A DNA stretch of 64,000 bases, taken from Alphaproteobacteria bacterium. GTDB lineage: Bacteria > Pseudomonadota > Alphaproteobacteria > SP197. The stretch spans positions 1,120,001-1,184,000 of the forward strand of contig OZ219918.1 of assembly GCA_964291415.2 (NCBI GenBank), given 5' to 3'. The notes under the pieces were generated by a model. It was given only the letters and a program-made list of their open reading frames with translations, searched no databases and was not told the origin of the DNA. The position numbers and the translations under genes are program-made. Each line of letters opens with the position of its first letter. Within the stretch, counting starts at the first letter, position 1. Positions 20,049-30,977 of the stretch are shown piece by piece.

Positions 20049-20104
20049 GGGTCAGGTGTTCTCCGGTGTTGCGAAGTCGGCAGGTGGCGCCATCGCCCTC
20101 TCGC

Positions 20105-20560
20105 TCAGGGGTCGAAAGCACGGTGAACGATGCGGTCGCCAGGTTCGAGACCCAGCCGCCGGGAGGTCCCGGCGAGCACCTCGAGGACACCGGCTGCCGG
20201 GGCGCCGGAAGGGATGGACGTCTCGTCGAGCGGTCGGGCGTCGGCGGCGATGGAGACGATCACTCCGTGACGGTCGAGAAAGATGATGTCGAGGGGAAGA
20301 TAGGTGTTCTTCATCCAGAAGCTGCGCGGAGCTTCCCTGGTGTAGAGAAACAGCATGCCCTCGTCTTCGGCCATGGTCTTGCGGAACATGAGCCCGCGGG
20401 AACGCTGTTGAGGCGTGACGGCGAGGTCCACATGGAATGTCCACGACAGGTTGTCCGCGGTGACGACGTCCAGGACGTCCCTGGCAAATGTGATGTCGTC
20501 CTCCGCGGCGGCCGGGAAGGCGATCGCTACCACCAGAACGCGCAGCAGCCGGGAACACAA
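20105..20560 (-). CDS. DUF192 domain protein (exported)
   Basis: RGLMFR, GMLF, FWMKNTYLPLDIIF and VLEV; signal peptide; TTG start inferred. Confidence 0.85.
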   Translation of the reverse strand: MCSRLLRVLVVAIAFPAAAEDDITFARDVLDVVTADNLSWTFHVDLAVTPQQRSRGLMFRKTMAEDEGMLFLYTREAPRSFWMKNTYLPLDIIFLDRHGVIVSIAADARPLDETSIPSGAPAAGVLEVLAGTSRRLGLEPGDRIVHRAFDP

Positions 20561-20621
20561 GCCTTGTCCCCGCTTCGCTCTTGGGCATACTCGGGCGGGC
20601 CACGTGAATGGAGAGGGTGCT

Positions 20622-21098
20622 GTGGGTCGCATGATCAGCCTCGCGGTCGTGCTCTTGGGCGTATGGTTCGTCCTCAGTGGCTCCACCGACCCGTTTCTTC
20701 TCGCATCGGGTGTCGTCAGCGTGCTGCTTGTCGTGATCATTGCCCATCGCATGGGAATGATCGACGAGGAAGGGTTTCCGATCCAGCTTCTTGGCCGGGT
20801 GATCCTCTACCTGCCCTGGCTCGTCTGCCAGATTGCGATTGCCAACCTTGCCGTGGCACGCACCATCCTTGCTCCGTCGATGAAGCTCGATTCCGGGTCG
20901 GCCTGGGTGCCGGCCAGCCAGAAGACAGCGGTGGGTCTCGTCGTGTTCGCCAATTCGATCACCCTGACTCCGGGCACTGTCTCCCTGTCGGTTCTCGAGG
21001 ACCGCATCCACGTGCACGCTCTTTCCAGGAAGAGTCTCGAAGACCTGCATCAGGGCGAAATGGATCGCCGGGTCAGCGCCGTCGAGGGCCGGCGCTGA
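20622..21098 (+). CDS. mnhE: Mrp/Mnh Na+/H+ antiporter subunit E
   Basis: ANSITLTPGT and HVHAL; start either GTG 20622 or ATG 20631. Confidence 0.92.
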   Translation: MGRMISLAVVLLGVWFVLSGSTDPFLLASGVVSVLLVVIIAHRMGMIDEEGFPIQLLGRVILYLPWLVCQIAIANLAVARTILAPSMKLDSGSAWVPASQKTAVGLVVFANSITLTPGTVSLSVLEDRIHVHALSRKSLEDLHQGEMDRRVSAVEGRR

Positions 21099-21361
21099 TG
21101 TTCGTGGCAGTGACGGCCCTGCTGGTGGCGTCCATGGCCATCACCCTGGTGCGGGTCGTGCGCGGTCCCACGCCCTACGACCGCATTCTCGGGGTCAATG
21201 TTCACGGTACGATGACCGTCCTGCTGATTGCCGTGACGGGCTACCTGACAGGGCGGCCGGATTTCCTCGACCTTTCCATTGCCTATGCCCTGCTCAACTT
21301 TGTCGGCACCCTTGCGGCGTTGAAGTACTTCAGGTTCGGCCACCTTGGAGACGAACCTTGA
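21098..21361 (+). CDS. mnhF: Mrp antiporter subunit F
   Basis: RGPTPYDRIL and YALLNFVGT; TGATG coupling with mnhE. Confidence 0.9.
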   Translation: MFVAVTALLVASMAITLVRVVRGPTPYDRILGVNVHGTMTVLLIAVTGYLTGRPDFLDLSIAYALLNFVGTLAALKYFRFGHLGDEP

Positions 21362-21690
21362 GCATTCTGATCGACGTCGTGAGCTGGGTCGCTCTGGTGG
21401 CCGGCGGTCTGTTGATGGTGACGAGTGCGCTCGGCATGGTGCGCCTGCCGAATCTCTTCACGAGACTTCATGCCGGCAGTCTGGCCGATACAGGCGGCGT
21501 GGGCCTGATCCTGCTGGGCCTCGTCCTGCAGACCGAACCGGGCCTCAATACACTGAAGCTGTTCCTGATCGGTTTCGTGCTGTTCCTGACGACACCGGCC
21601 GCCAGCCACGCCGTGGGGCACGCGGCGCTTCTCGGAGGTCTCTCCCCCGATTCCGGAAATGCGGACGACAGCCAGAGCACGGGTTCGTGA
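21358..21690 (+). CDS. mnhG: Mrp antiporter subunit G
   Basis: RLPNLFTRLHAG and PAASHAV. Confidence 0.92.
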   Translation: MSILIDVVSWVALVAGGLLMVTSALGMVRLPNLFTRLHAGSLADTGGVGLILLGLVLQTEPGLNTLKLFLIGFVLFLTTPAASHAVGHAALLGGLSPDSGNADDSQSTGS

Positions 21691-22232
21691 CGGAAGAGTT
21701 TTCCATTTTCGGACTTGTCGTCCTGCTGATCGTCCTGGCGCTCGCCATCGTCAGGCTGACCAACCTGCTGGCGGTCGCCATTCTGGCCGGCGCCATGAGT
21801 TTCATTCTGGCGACGGCCTACACGCTGCTCGATGCCGTCGACGTTGCCTTTACGGAAGCCGTGGTGGGCGCCGGCATTTCCCTTGCCCTCATGCTCGCGG
21901 CGATCTCGTTGACGACGCGCCAGGAAGCACCGTGGCGGCGACGGTCTTCAGAACGGATCCTGGCGCTCCTGGTGAGCCTCGCATCCGGTGCGGGCCTTCT
22001 CTATGCCACCCTCGACATGCCGCTCCTCGGGGATCCGGCATCCCCGGCCAACCTTCATGTCGCGGCCCGCTACATCGCCGAGAGTCCGGCGAGCACCGGG
22101 GTTCCCAACATGGTGACGGCGATCCTTGCCAGTTATCGGGGCTTCGACACGCTGGGGGAGGTCGCGGTGATCTTCACGGCCGGTATTGGCGTCATTGCCC
22201 TGCTGCGGCACTGGCGCAAGGGTGAGGCATGA
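21687..22232 (+). CDS. Mrp subunit B-like, DUF4040 (corresponds to the MrpA C-terminal part)
   Basis: AVDVAFTEAVVGAG and NMVTAILASYRGFDTLGE; GTGA overlap. Confidence 0.88.
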   Translation: MTEEFSIFGLVVLLIVLALAIVRLTNLLAVAILAGAMSFILATAYTLLDAVDVAFTEAVVGAGISLALMLAAISLTTRQEAPWRRRSSERILALLVSLASGAGLLYATLDMPLLGDPASPANLHVAARYIAESPASTGVPNMVTAILASYRGFDTLGEVAVIFTAGIGVIALLRHWRKGEA

Positions 22233-22654
22233 ACGAGTTCATTCTTGTTCGCGTGGTCGTCAAGATCATGGTGCCGTTCATCCTCCTGTTTGCACTCTAC
22301 GTGCAGATGCACGGCGACTACGGCCCGGGCGGCGGTTTTCAGGCTGGTGTCATCTTCGCCACGGGCATCATCGTCTACACCATCGTCTTCGGAATCGGGA
22401 GAGCCGTCGAGGCTGTGCCCATGTCCGCCGTCATGGCCATGGTGTGTTGCGGGCTGATCCTCTATGCCGGCACCGGTTTTGCGACGATGGCGCTGGGTGG
22501 CGAGTACCTCAACTACAGTGTTCTCGACAGTGACGATCCCGTGCATGGACAGCATGCCGGCATCATCATCATCGAGCTCGGCGTCGGAATCACGGTCGCC
22601 GGTGTGTTGACCGCCGTCTTTCTCGTCTTTGCCGAACGCAGGGCACGGCGATGA
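22229..22654 (+). CDS. mnhB: Mrp antiporter subunit B
   Basis: HGDYGPGGGFQAG and ELGVGITV. Confidence 0.92.
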   Translation: MNEFILVRVVVKIMVPFILLFALYVQMHGDYGPGGGFQAGVIFATGIIVYTIVFGIGRAVEAVPMSAVMAMVCCGLILYAGTGFATMALGGEYLNYSVLDSDDPVHGQHAGIIIIELGVGITVAGVLTAVFLVFAERRARR

Positions 22655-23013
22655 GTCCGGTCGATTTCGTCATCGGACATGCGTTGCAGTGGGGTTCGGT
22701 CGCACTGCTGATGATCGGACTCTACATCGTCATGACCCGCGGCAACCTCATCAAGAAAGTGGCCGGTCTCAACATCTTCCAGGGCGGCGTCTTCCTGTTC
22801 TACATCTCACTTTCCAATGTCCGCGACGGCACGGCGCCAATCGTTCATGGGGACGCGGCGCTCTATACCAACCCGCTGCCACATGTCCTCATCCTGACAG
22901 CCATCGTGGTTGCGGTGGCCACCACGTCACTGGCGCTCGCACTGATCGTGCGCATCCGCGAATCCTACGGTTCCATCGAAGAAGACGAGATGGCCAAGGT
23001 GGACCTGGACTGA
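22651..23013 (+). CDS. mnhC: Mrp antiporter subunit C
   Basis: NLIKK and NPLPHVLILTAIVV. Confidence 0.92.
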   Translation: MSPVDFVIGHALQWGSVALLMIGLYIVMTRGNLIKKVAGLNIFQGGVFLFYISLSNVRDGTAPIVHGDAALYTNPLPHVLILTAIVVAVATTSLALALIVRIRESYGSIEEDEMAKVDLD

Positions 23014-23017
23014 CCGC

Positions 23018-24493
23018 ATGGGTCTGCTCCAGCAGCTTCCCGCACTCCAGGTGGCGGTGCCGCTCATCGGTGCGCCCTTGTGCGCGCTCGTGGGCAGGCC
23101 GCGCCTGGCCTGGATGTTCGCTGTCGCGGTGGCATGGATTACCTTCGCCATCTCCGTCGCGCTTCTGGAGCATGTTCTCGATGCCGGCCCCATCCACTAC
23201 ACCATGGGTGGCTGGCCCGAAATTCTCGGCATCGCCTATGTGATCGATCCTCTCAATGCCCTGGTCCTGGTCCTGGTGTCGGGCATGGCCGCGATCATCA
23301 TGCCGGCAACCCGGACCGGCATCGATGTCGAGGTGGTGCACAGGGCACGGCATCTGTTCCACACGATGGCGCTGCTCGCCCTGGCCGGCATGCTCGGCAT
23401 CGCCATTACCGGCGACATCTTCAATCTCTACGTCTTCCTCGAGATCTCGTCCCTGGCGAGCTACGCGCTCGTGGCCATGGGTATCGACCGGCGGGCGACA
23501 CGGGCGGCCTTCCACTATCTCGTGCAGGGAACCATCGGCGCCACGTTCATTCTCGTCGGCATCGGGCTTGCCTACATGATGACGGGCACCCTCAACATGG
23601 CGGACATGGCCGCCCGCCTTCCGGGCGTCAGTCACACGGCGCCAATCCAGGCCGCGCTGGCCTTCATTCTCATCGGAACGGCCATCAAGGCGGCCATCTT
23701 CCCGGCCCACTCCTGGATGCCCAACGCCTACACCTACGCGCCGTCACTGGTGTCCGCCTTCTTCGGCGCCACGGCAACCAAGATCGGCGCCTACATGCTG
23801 CTGCGCCTCGTCTACAGCGTTTTCGGTGCGGACTACGCCTTCGGGGAGATGAAGATCGGGTGGGTGCTCATACCGCTGGGGCTGGCGGGCGCTGTCGCCG
23901 GTTCCGTCGTTGCGGTGTGGCAGCACGATCTCAGGCGCATGCTTGCCTATTCCAGCGTCGCCCAGGTGGGCTACATCGCCGCCGCCATCGGCTTCGCCAA
24001 TCACGATGGCCTCATTGCCGCCATTGTCCATGTCTTCAACCACGGACTCATGAAGGGTGCGCTCTTCCTCGTCATGGCCTGCGTCATCATGAGACTGGGC
24101 AAGGCGGACATGGAGAGTTTCCGGGGCCTGGGACGGCGCATGCCGGTGACCATGGGCTGCTTTGTCGTGGCCGGCCTCTCGATGATCGGCGTTCCGGCGA
24201 CCGTGGGTTTCGTCTCCAAGTGGTATCTCGTGAGCAGCGCACTTGATGCCGGGCTGTGGCCGCTGGCCCTCGTCATCGTGGCCGCCTCCCTGATCGCGGT
24301 CATCTACATCTGGCGGGTGGTCGACGTTGCCTACTTCACGGACCCGCCTCCGGGAGCGAGAGACGAGGCGCCGGCCATGCTGGTGATACCGGCCGTGGTC
24401 CTGTGCGCGCTCTGCGTCGTGCTTGGCGTGACCACTGACCTCACGGTCGGCGTGGCGGACACCGCGGCACGACTCCTTGGAGGAGCGCCGTGA
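23018..24493 (+). CDS. mnhD: Mrp antiporter subunit D family (NuoN/M-like)
   Basis: GDIFNLYVFLEI, KAAIFPAHSWMP, LAYSSVAQ and HGLMK. Confidence 0.9.
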   Translation: MGLLQQLPALQVAVPLIGAPLCALVGRPRLAWMFAVAVAWITFAISVALLEHVLDAGPIHYTMGGWPEILGIAYVIDPLNALVLVLVSGMAAIIMPATRTGIDVEVVHRARHLFHTMALLALAGMLGIAITGDIFNLYVFLEISSLASYALVAMGIDRRATRAAFHYLVQGTIGATFILVGIGLAYMMTGTLNMADMAARLPGVSHTAPIQAALAFILIGTAIKAAIFPAHSWMPNAYTYAPSLVSAFFGATATKIGAYMLLRLVYSVFGADYAFGEMKIGWVLIPLGLAGAVAGSVVAVWQHDLRRMLAYSSVAQVGYIAAAIGFANHDGLIAAIVHVFNHGLMKGALFLVMACVIMRLGKADMESFRGLGRRMPVTMGCFVVAGLSMIGVPATVGFVSKWYLVSSALDAGLWPLALVIVAASLIAVIYIWRVVDVAYFTDPPPGARDEAPAMLVIPAVVLCALCVVLGVTTDLTVGVADTAARLLGGAP

Positions 24494-25953
24494 CCGGTCA
24501 GGTGCTGCTGTACGCCCTTCTCGTGCCGCTCGTCACCGCCGCAGGGGTCCTGGCGGCTCACCGCTGGCCCAACGTCAGGGAAGCGGTGAGTCTCGCCGGG
24601 GGCACGATCCTGTTCATCACGCTGGCTGTCATCGCGGGGAACAGCGACACGATACCCGAACTGGTCGTCGCGGAACCTGTTGTCGGCCTCGCGCTCAAGT
24701 TCGCCCTCGAGCCGCTGGGCGTCGCCTTCGCGCTCATGGCAAGCGGTCTGTGGGTGGTCACGACGATCTATTCGATCGGCTACATGCGCGGTCATCACGA
24801 AACGCATCAGACCCGGTTCTTCGCCTTCTTCGCCGTCGCCATCGCATCGGCGATCGGCGTGGCCCTCGCCGGCAATCTCTTCACCCTCTTCGTGTTCTAC
24901 GAGGCCTTGACTCTGTCGACTTTTCCCCTGGTCAGCCACACCGGAACGGCCCTGGCGAGAAGGGCAGGGCGCACCTATCTCGGCATCCTCATGGGAACGT
25001 CAATCGGCATGTTCCTGGTGGCGATCATCGTGACCTGGCAGGTGGCCGGGACGCTCGACTTCGTTCCCGGAGGCATTCTCGAGGGCAGGGTGACGGACCT
25101 GACCGCCGGGCTCCTGTTGGCGCTCTACGTCTTTGGCATTGGCAAGGCTGCCCTGATGCCGTTTCACCGCTGGCTGCCGGCGGCGATGGCCGCCCCGACG
25201 CCGGTGAGCGCGTTGCTTCACGCCGTCGCCGTCGTCAAGGCGGGTGTCTTCACCATTCTCAAGATCTCATGGTTCACGTTCGGTTTCGACATGCTGCAGG
25301 GTCTCCACGTCCTGGACATCCTGCAGTGGATTGCCGCCTTCACCATCGTCGCCGCATCGCTGGTGGCCATGACACGGGACAATCTCAAGGCAAGGCTCGC
25401 CTATTCGACGGTGAGCCAGCTCTCCTACATCGTCCTGGCTGCCCTGCTCGCCGGCGAAGCCGGCTTTGTGGCGGGCGGCCTTCACATGGTCACCCACGCC
25501 TTCGGCAAGATCACCCTCTTCTACTGCGCCGGGGCCATTCTCGTCGCGACCATGAAGACCCGGGTCTCGGAGCTCGATGGACTGGGACGCTCGATGCCGC
25601 TCACCATGACGGCCTTCACCATCGCCAGCCTCAGCATCATCGGCCTGCCGCCGCTGGGTGGGTTGTGGAGCAAGTGGCTGTTGTTCGAAAGCGCTCTGGA
25701 TGCCGGCCAGATGCTGTTCCTCGCCGTTCTTGCCATCAGCACCCTGCTCAACATCGGCTACCTTCTGGCCATTCCCCTGCGTGCCTTCCTGCGACCGGCA
25801 CGACAGGGAGAACCGGCCGCCTGGCGGGAGGCGCCCGTCACATGTCTCGCGGCCATGGCCATCACGTCGCTGGGCTGCCTGGCACTCTTCTTCTTCCCCG
25901 ATGCCATCACCATGTGGCTGGACAGGGTCTTCATCATGGCTGAGGTTCGCTGA
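24490..25953 (+). CDS. mnhD: Mrp antiporter subunit D family, second copy
   Basis: KAALMPFHRWLP, APTPVSALLHA and LAYSTVSQL. Confidence 0.88.
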   Translation: MTGQVLLYALLVPLVTAAGVLAAHRWPNVREAVSLAGGTILFITLAVIAGNSDTIPELVVAEPVVGLALKFALEPLGVAFALMASGLWVVTTIYSIGYMRGHHETHQTRFFAFFAVAIASAIGVALAGNLFTLFVFYEALTLSTFPLVSHTGTALARRAGRTYLGILMGTSIGMFLVAIIVTWQVAGTLDFVPGGILEGRVTDLTAGLLLALYVFGIGKAALMPFHRWLPAAMAAPTPVSALLHAVAVVKAGVFTILKISWFTFGFDMLQGLHVLDILQWIAAFTIVAASLVAMTRDNLKARLAYSTVSQLSYIVLAALLAGEAGFVAGGLHMVTHAFGKITLFYCAGAILVATMKTRVSELDGLGRSMPLTMTAFTIASLSIIGLPPLGGLWSKWLLFESALDAGQMLFLAVLAISTLLNIGYLLAIPLRAFLRPARQGEPAAWREAPVTCLAAMAITSLGCLALFFFPDAITMWLDRVFIMAEVR

Positions 25954-25954
25954 C

Positions 25955-26203
25955 ATGAGCGACGGGAAACGCCGTTTTCTGGACAACCCCAGAAACGTCC
26001 GCTGGATCATCCGGACGCTCTACGCTGTGTGCTTTCTGCTTGTGGCAGCCGACTTCGTGGTGCACCGGCACATCAAGCATCCCTTCGAGGCGCTGTTCGG
26101 TTTCCACGCCCTCTACGGTCTTGTCGCCTGCGTCGTCCTGGTGCTGTTGGCGCGTGAACTGCGCAGGCTCGTGATGCGCCGGGAAGATCACTACGATGAC
26201 TAG
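25955..26203 (+). CDS. Small 2-TM membrane protein within the Mrp operon
   Basis: 82 aa, MSDGKRRFLDNPRNV...MRREDHYDD; tightly coupled to both neighbours. Confidence 0.75.
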   Translation: MSDGKRRFLDNPRNVRWIIRTLYAVCFLLVAADFVVHRHIKHPFEALFGFHALYGLVACVVLVLLARELRRLVMRREDHYDD

Positions 26204-27893
26204 CGTGGCGCCCTTCCTGGTGTTTCTCGCCGGCGCCGCCATCGTCGCGCTGTCTCCGGCGCGAATGCGTCCCATCGTCCTCGTCGCCACCCCGGTTGTC
26301 GGTGCTGTCAACCTGTGGTTTCTCGATCCCGCCGCCATTCCGGATGCGGCCGTGATGGACTTCGTTCTTGTCCTCCACCATGGCGACCGGCTTTCGGATC
26401 TCTTTGGCTGGCTGTTTCACCTCGCGGCCCTCATTGCGGCAATCTACAGCCTTCACACGAACGATCGCCTGCAGCAGGTTGCGGCACTCGCCTATGCCGG
26501 GTGCGCTCAGGGCGCTGTCTACGCCGGCGATCTCGTGACACTCTTCCTGTTCTGGGAAGGACTGGCGCTGACGTCGGCGGCGCTGATCCTGGCGCGGCGG
26601 GCGCCGGGCTCAGTCCGGACCACCCTGCGTTACCTCGCTGTCCAGGTGACATCGGGTTTGCTGCTGCTGGCCGGCGTCACGGTGCTCCACGTCGATGGTG
26701 CGGGCACCGGCCTTTCAGTCATGGAACTCGACGGGACGGCCGCCTGGCTCATCTTCCTGGCGCTTGGCATCAAGTGCGGGTTTCCGCTGCTGCACGGCTG
26801 GATCATCGATGCCTACCCGGAAGCGACCGAAACCGGCACCGTCCTGATGAGCGCGTTCACGACGAAGATCGGGATCTATGTCCTCGCGCGGCTCTTTCCG
26901 GGAACCGAGGAGCTGATCTGGATCGGCGCCATCATGACCATGTTCCCCATCTTCTATGCCGTGATCGAGAACGATCTCAGGCGGGTTCTGTCATACAGCC
27001 TGATCAACCAGTTGGGATTCATGGTGGTCGGCATTGGCGTCGGCACCGAGATGGCCATCAACGGCGCTGTCAGTCATGCCTTCAGTCACGTTCTCTACAA
27101 GAGCCTGCTCTTCATGAGCATGGGAGCCGTGCTCTACCGCACGGGCCGCATGGGGGGGGCGGAGCTTGGCGGGCTCCATCGCACCATGCCGGCGACAACG
27201 GGCCTGTGCATTGTCGGTGCGGCGTCCATCTCGGCCTTTCCCCTGTTCTCGGGATTCGTGTCGAAAGCGATGATCATGGTCGCGGTCATCGATGAGGGCC
27301 ATGACTGGGTATGGCTTGCCCTCTTGTTTGCGTCGGCCGGGGTCTTTCACCACGCCGGCATCAAGATTCCCTTCTTCGCATTCTTCGCCCACGACTCCGG
27401 GTTGCGTCCGAAAGAAGCGCCGCCGGCGATGCTGGTGGCGATGACGATCGCTGCCGCAGCATGCATCCTGATCGGTGTGTGGCCAGGCCTTCTCTACTCG
27501 ATACTGCCCTATGGAGTGCACTACGAGCCCTACACCTGGTCTCATGTCCTCGCGCAGTGCCAGCTGCTCTTCTTCTCGGCCCTTGCCTTCACGCTGCTCA
27601 AACTCTACCGGCTCTACCCGCCGGAACTCCCGGGGGTCAATATCGATGCCGACTGGTGCTATCGTTGGCTGCTGCCGAGGCTGGCGCGTCACGCTCTCCG
27701 GCTGGCTGGCGAGGCTGCCGTGCCATTGCGCGCGGCGTCGCTGGCGCTGGTTGCCGGCGCGACCGATGTCGGCCGACGCTGGGGCGGGCCATCGGGCATC
27801 CTGGCGCGTGACCCGGTAACCGGTACCGCGTCACTGGTGGTGTTGTTCGTGTTTGCCCTCGTGCTCGTGCTGCATCTCGTGCACGGATTGTGA
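26196..27893 (+). CDS. Mrp antiporter subunit D/A-like, third NuoL-type subunit
   Basis: FLFWE, FPLLHGW..DAYPE, ENDLRRVLSYS and FPLFSGFVSK. Confidence 0.88.
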   Translation: MTSVAPFLVFLAGAAIVALSPARMRPIVLVATPVVGAVNLWFLDPAAIPDAAVMDFVLVLHHGDRLSDLFGWLFHLAALIAAIYSLHTNDRLQQVAALAYAGCAQGAVYAGDLVTLFLFWEGLALTSAALILARRAPGSVRTTLRYLAVQVTSGLLLLAGVTVLHVDGAGTGLSVMELDGTAAWLIFLALGIKCGFPLLHGWIIDAYPEATETGTVLMSAFTTKIGIYVLARLFPGTEELIWIGAIMTMFPIFYAVIENDLRRVLSYSLINQLGFMVVGIGVGTEMAINGAVSHAFSHVLYKSLLFMSMGAVLYRTGRMGGAELGGLHRTMPATTGLCIVGAASISAFPLFSGFVSKAMIMVAVIDEGHDWVWLALLFASAGVFHHAGIKIPFFAFFAHDSGLRPKEAPPAMLVAMTIAAAACILIGVWPGLLYSILPYGVHYEPYTWSHVLAQCQLLFFSALAFTLLKLYRLYPPELPGVNIDADWCYRWLLPRLARHALRLAGEAAVPLRAASLALVAGATDVGRRWGGPSGILARDPVTGTASLVVLFVFALVLVLHLVHGL

Positions 27894-27905
27894 AGGATCT
27901 GAGCG

Positions 27906-28487
27906 ATGAATCTGTCCGGCGAATACCGCATCAATGCACCACGCGGCGTGGTGTGGCAGGCTCTCAATGATCCTGTCATCCTGCGCCAGGCGATACCGGG
28001 CTGCGAGACGGTGGAACAGGAATCGTCAACTGCCTTCACCGCCCGGGTGAAGGCGAAGATCGGTCCCGTTTCAGCGGTCTTTGCCGGCAGGGTCGAACTG
28101 AAGGACCTTGATCCCCCCAGGGGATGCGTGCTCAGCGCGGAAGGCAAGGGAGGTGCGGCAGGCTTCGCCAGCGGCGATGCGCGAATCACCCTTCGCGAGG
28201 ACGGACAGGATACGCTCCTTGGATATGAGGCCGAAGGGAGGGTCGGAGGCAAGCTCGCCCAGGTGGGAGGGCGCCTTGTGGAGGCCAGCGCCACCAAGAT
28301 TGCCAACACCTTCTTCAGCCGTCTCGACGGCCTCGTTGCGCCTCAGGAGACACCGCCGCCTGCGCCCGCCGAGCAGTCTCCTCCGGCCGGTCACAGAGTG
28401 CGGGATGTTGCTCTGGAGCGGGTGTTCATCGTCCTGGCGGTCGCTGCGGTGAGCGCCCTCGGTATCGTTGCGGCCTTCCTTCAGTGA
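27906..28487 (+). CDS. coxG: CoxG (SRPBCC) protein with C-terminal membrane anchor
   Basis: [15 protein letters not shown] and [12 protein letters not shown]; hydrophobic C-terminus. Confidence 0.9.
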   Translation: MNLSGEYRINAPRGVVWQALNDPVILRQAIPGCETVEQESSTAFTARVKAKIGPVSAVFAGRVELKDLDPPRGCVLSAEGKGGAAGFASGDARITLREDGQDTLLGYEAEGRVGGKLAQVGGRLVEASATKIANTFFSRLDGLVAPQETPPPAPAEQSPPAGHRVRDVALERVFIVLAVAAVSALGIVAAFLQ

Positions 28488-28500
28488 GGGAGAATTTCAG

Positions 28501-28980
<480 letters not shown>

Positions 28981-28986
28981 AGACCC

Positions 28987-29775
28987 GTGTACGCCTTCCG
29001 CTACCACCGCGCCGGGTCGATCGACGAGGCCGTGCGCCTCCACGGGAGCTGCGAGGATCCAGGCTACCTCGCCGGCGGTCACACGTTGCTGCCGACGCTC
29101 AAGATGCGCCTCGCCCAGCCAAGCGATCTCATCGACCTGGTGTCCATCGACGCGCTGAGACACACCTCCGCCGATACGGGCGCGCTCACCATCGGAGCCG
29201 GTGTGCGTCACAACGACGTGGCGCGCATGACGCACCCCATTCCGGCACTCGCCGGTCTCGCTGGCGGAATCGGTGACTTCCAGGTGCGCAACCGGGGCAC
29301 GCTCGGCGGTTCGATCGCCAATGCGGATCCGGCCGCGGACTATCCGGCGGCCCTGGTGGGCCTTGGCGCCACAATCGTCACCGACCGTCGGCGGATTGCC
29401 GCAGATGATTTCTTCGTCGACCTCTTCGAGACGGCACTCGAGGAAGGCGAACTCGTCACCTCGGTCGTCTTTCCCGCTCCGCGCCGCGCGGCCTACATGA
29501 AGTTCCCGAATCCGGCGTCACGCTATGCCATTGTCGGTGTCTTCGTCGCCTGGACCGCATCGGGCATACGCGTGGCCGTCACTGGGGCGGGCGCTCGTGT
29601 CTTTCGCGTGGCCGACATGGAGACGGCACTTGCCCGCGACTTCTCCCCCGATGCCGTCGCCGACATCCGGATTCCTGATGACGGCCTCAACAGCGACATC
29701 CACGCCACATCCGATTATCGCGCCCACCTCGTTACGGTGATGGCCAGAAGGGCCGTCGCCTGCGCCAACGCCTGA
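28987..29775 (+). CDS. coxM: CoxM/CutM FAD-binding subunit of a molybdenum hydroxylase
   Basis: AGGHTLLP, QVRNRGTLGGS and DPAAD. Confidence 0.92.
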   Translation: MYAFRYHRAGSIDEAVRLHGSCEDPGYLAGGHTLLPTLKMRLAQPSDLIDLVSIDALRHTSADTGALTIGAGVRHNDVARMTHPIPALAGLAGGIGDFQVRNRGTLGGSIANADPAADYPAALVGLGATIVTDRRRIAADDFFVDLFETALEEGELVTSVVFPAPRRAAYMKFPNPASRYAIVGVFVAWTASGIRVAVTGAGARVFRVADMETALARDFSPDAVADIRIPDDGLNSDIHATSDYRAHLVTVMARRAVACANA

Positions 29776-29859
29776 CGGCCACCCTGCCGCGCAACGGTGG
29801 ATTTCGTCACCTGATCTGCCGTCAGGGGCAGACTCATGCCGGAGGCACAGGCGGTAGGA

Positions 29860-30822
29860 TTACGAGTTGTGGTGTGCGGCGCGCGCTTCCGCGAGCAGGC
29901 AGAGAATCTCGTACATCATGGTGGCTCCGACCAGGGCGGTGTTTCCCGTCTGGTCGAACGGCGGCGCCACCTCCACGACATCGCCGCCGCGAAGGTCCAG
30001 GCCGCGCAGGCCCCTGAGCAGCTTTTGCGCATCGATCGTCGTGATGCCGCCGACTTCCGGGGTTCCGGTGCCGGGCGCATAGACCGGGTCGAGGCCGTCC
30101 ACGTCGAACGAGATGTACGTCGGGCCGCCGCCGACCACGCGGCGCGCCTCCTCGATCGTCGCGTCGACGCCCATGTCGTCGAACTCTTCCATGAAGACCA
30201 CGCGCATCCCCTGATCCAGGGAAAAGTCCCAGCCTTCCGACGTGTTCTGCGCGCCTCGGATACCGATCTGAATCGTTCGCTTCGGATCCAGGAGACCGTC
30301 TTCGACGGCTCGCCGGAAGGGGGCGCCGTGGGTGAACTTGGACCCCTGGAATTCGTCCCAGGTGTCGGTGTGGGCATCGATATGGACCATGCCCAGACTC
30401 TCGTCGGCCGCGATCGCCTTGAAGATGGGATAGGTGATCGAATGATCGCCGCCGGCCGTCAGCGGAAACGCGCGGTGCCGATGCACCTCGCGGTAGAACG
30501 CGGCAATCTCCTCGACGACTGCTTCATCCTCGAAAATCCGGGTGAAACGAACATCACCGAGATCCGCCACCCTGCACAGTTCATAGGGGTTGCAGCGCGA
30601 CACGTGATGGATGGAGCGCATGAGGCTCGACATGTTCCGGATTTCGCGCGGACCGTGACGGGCACCGGCCCGGTTCGTCGTCCCGCCGTCATAGGGCACG
30701 CCGATCAACGCAATGTCGACACCTTCGGCGCTGGCGGCGTATGGCGTGCGCATGAAGGTCGCGATTTCGCCGTAACGAGGCGCAACCATCGGGTCGAATC
30801 CTGTTGCCTGTCGCTCATTCAC
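29860..30822 (-). CDS. Agmatinase/guanidino-acid ureohydrolase
   Basis: GGDHSIT, DAHTD and SFDVDGLDP Mn-binding motifs; GTG start 30822 with GGAG RBS. Confidence 0.92.
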   Translation of the reverse strand: MNERQATGFDPMVAPRYGEIATFMRTPYAASAEGVDIALIGVPYDGGTTNRAGARHGPREIRNMSSLMRSIHHVSRCNPYELCRVADLGDVRFTRIFEDEAVVEEIAAFYREVHRHRAFPLTAGGDHSITYPIFKAIAADESLGMVHIDAHTDTWDEFQGSKFTHGAPFRRAVEDGLLDPKRTIQIGIRGAQNTSEGWDFSLDQGMRVVFMEEFDDMGVDATIEEARRVVGGGPTYISFDVDGLDPVYAPGTGTPEVGGITTIDAQKLLRGLRGLDLRGGDVVEVAPPFDQTGNTALVGATMMYEILCLLAEARAAHHNS

Positions 30823-30977
30823 GGACCGTTCTCCCTCTGTCCGGGCGGTCAGAGTCATGCCGTTCGAGGAGACAAGACACCCGCCTGGCACGGTGAATTC
30901 GACACCACATTCCGATCGCCAAGCAATTCAATACTATGCATAGACTCTTCGATAAATCATCGATGTAGCGTGGCTTC

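Noticed and set aside
20622-27893. Mrp operon with E-F-G first, split B and three D-like subunits, considered as a novel complex
   Set aside because: This matches a known Mrp arrangement lacking a fused MrpA, and no hydrogenase or Nuo redox subunits are present.
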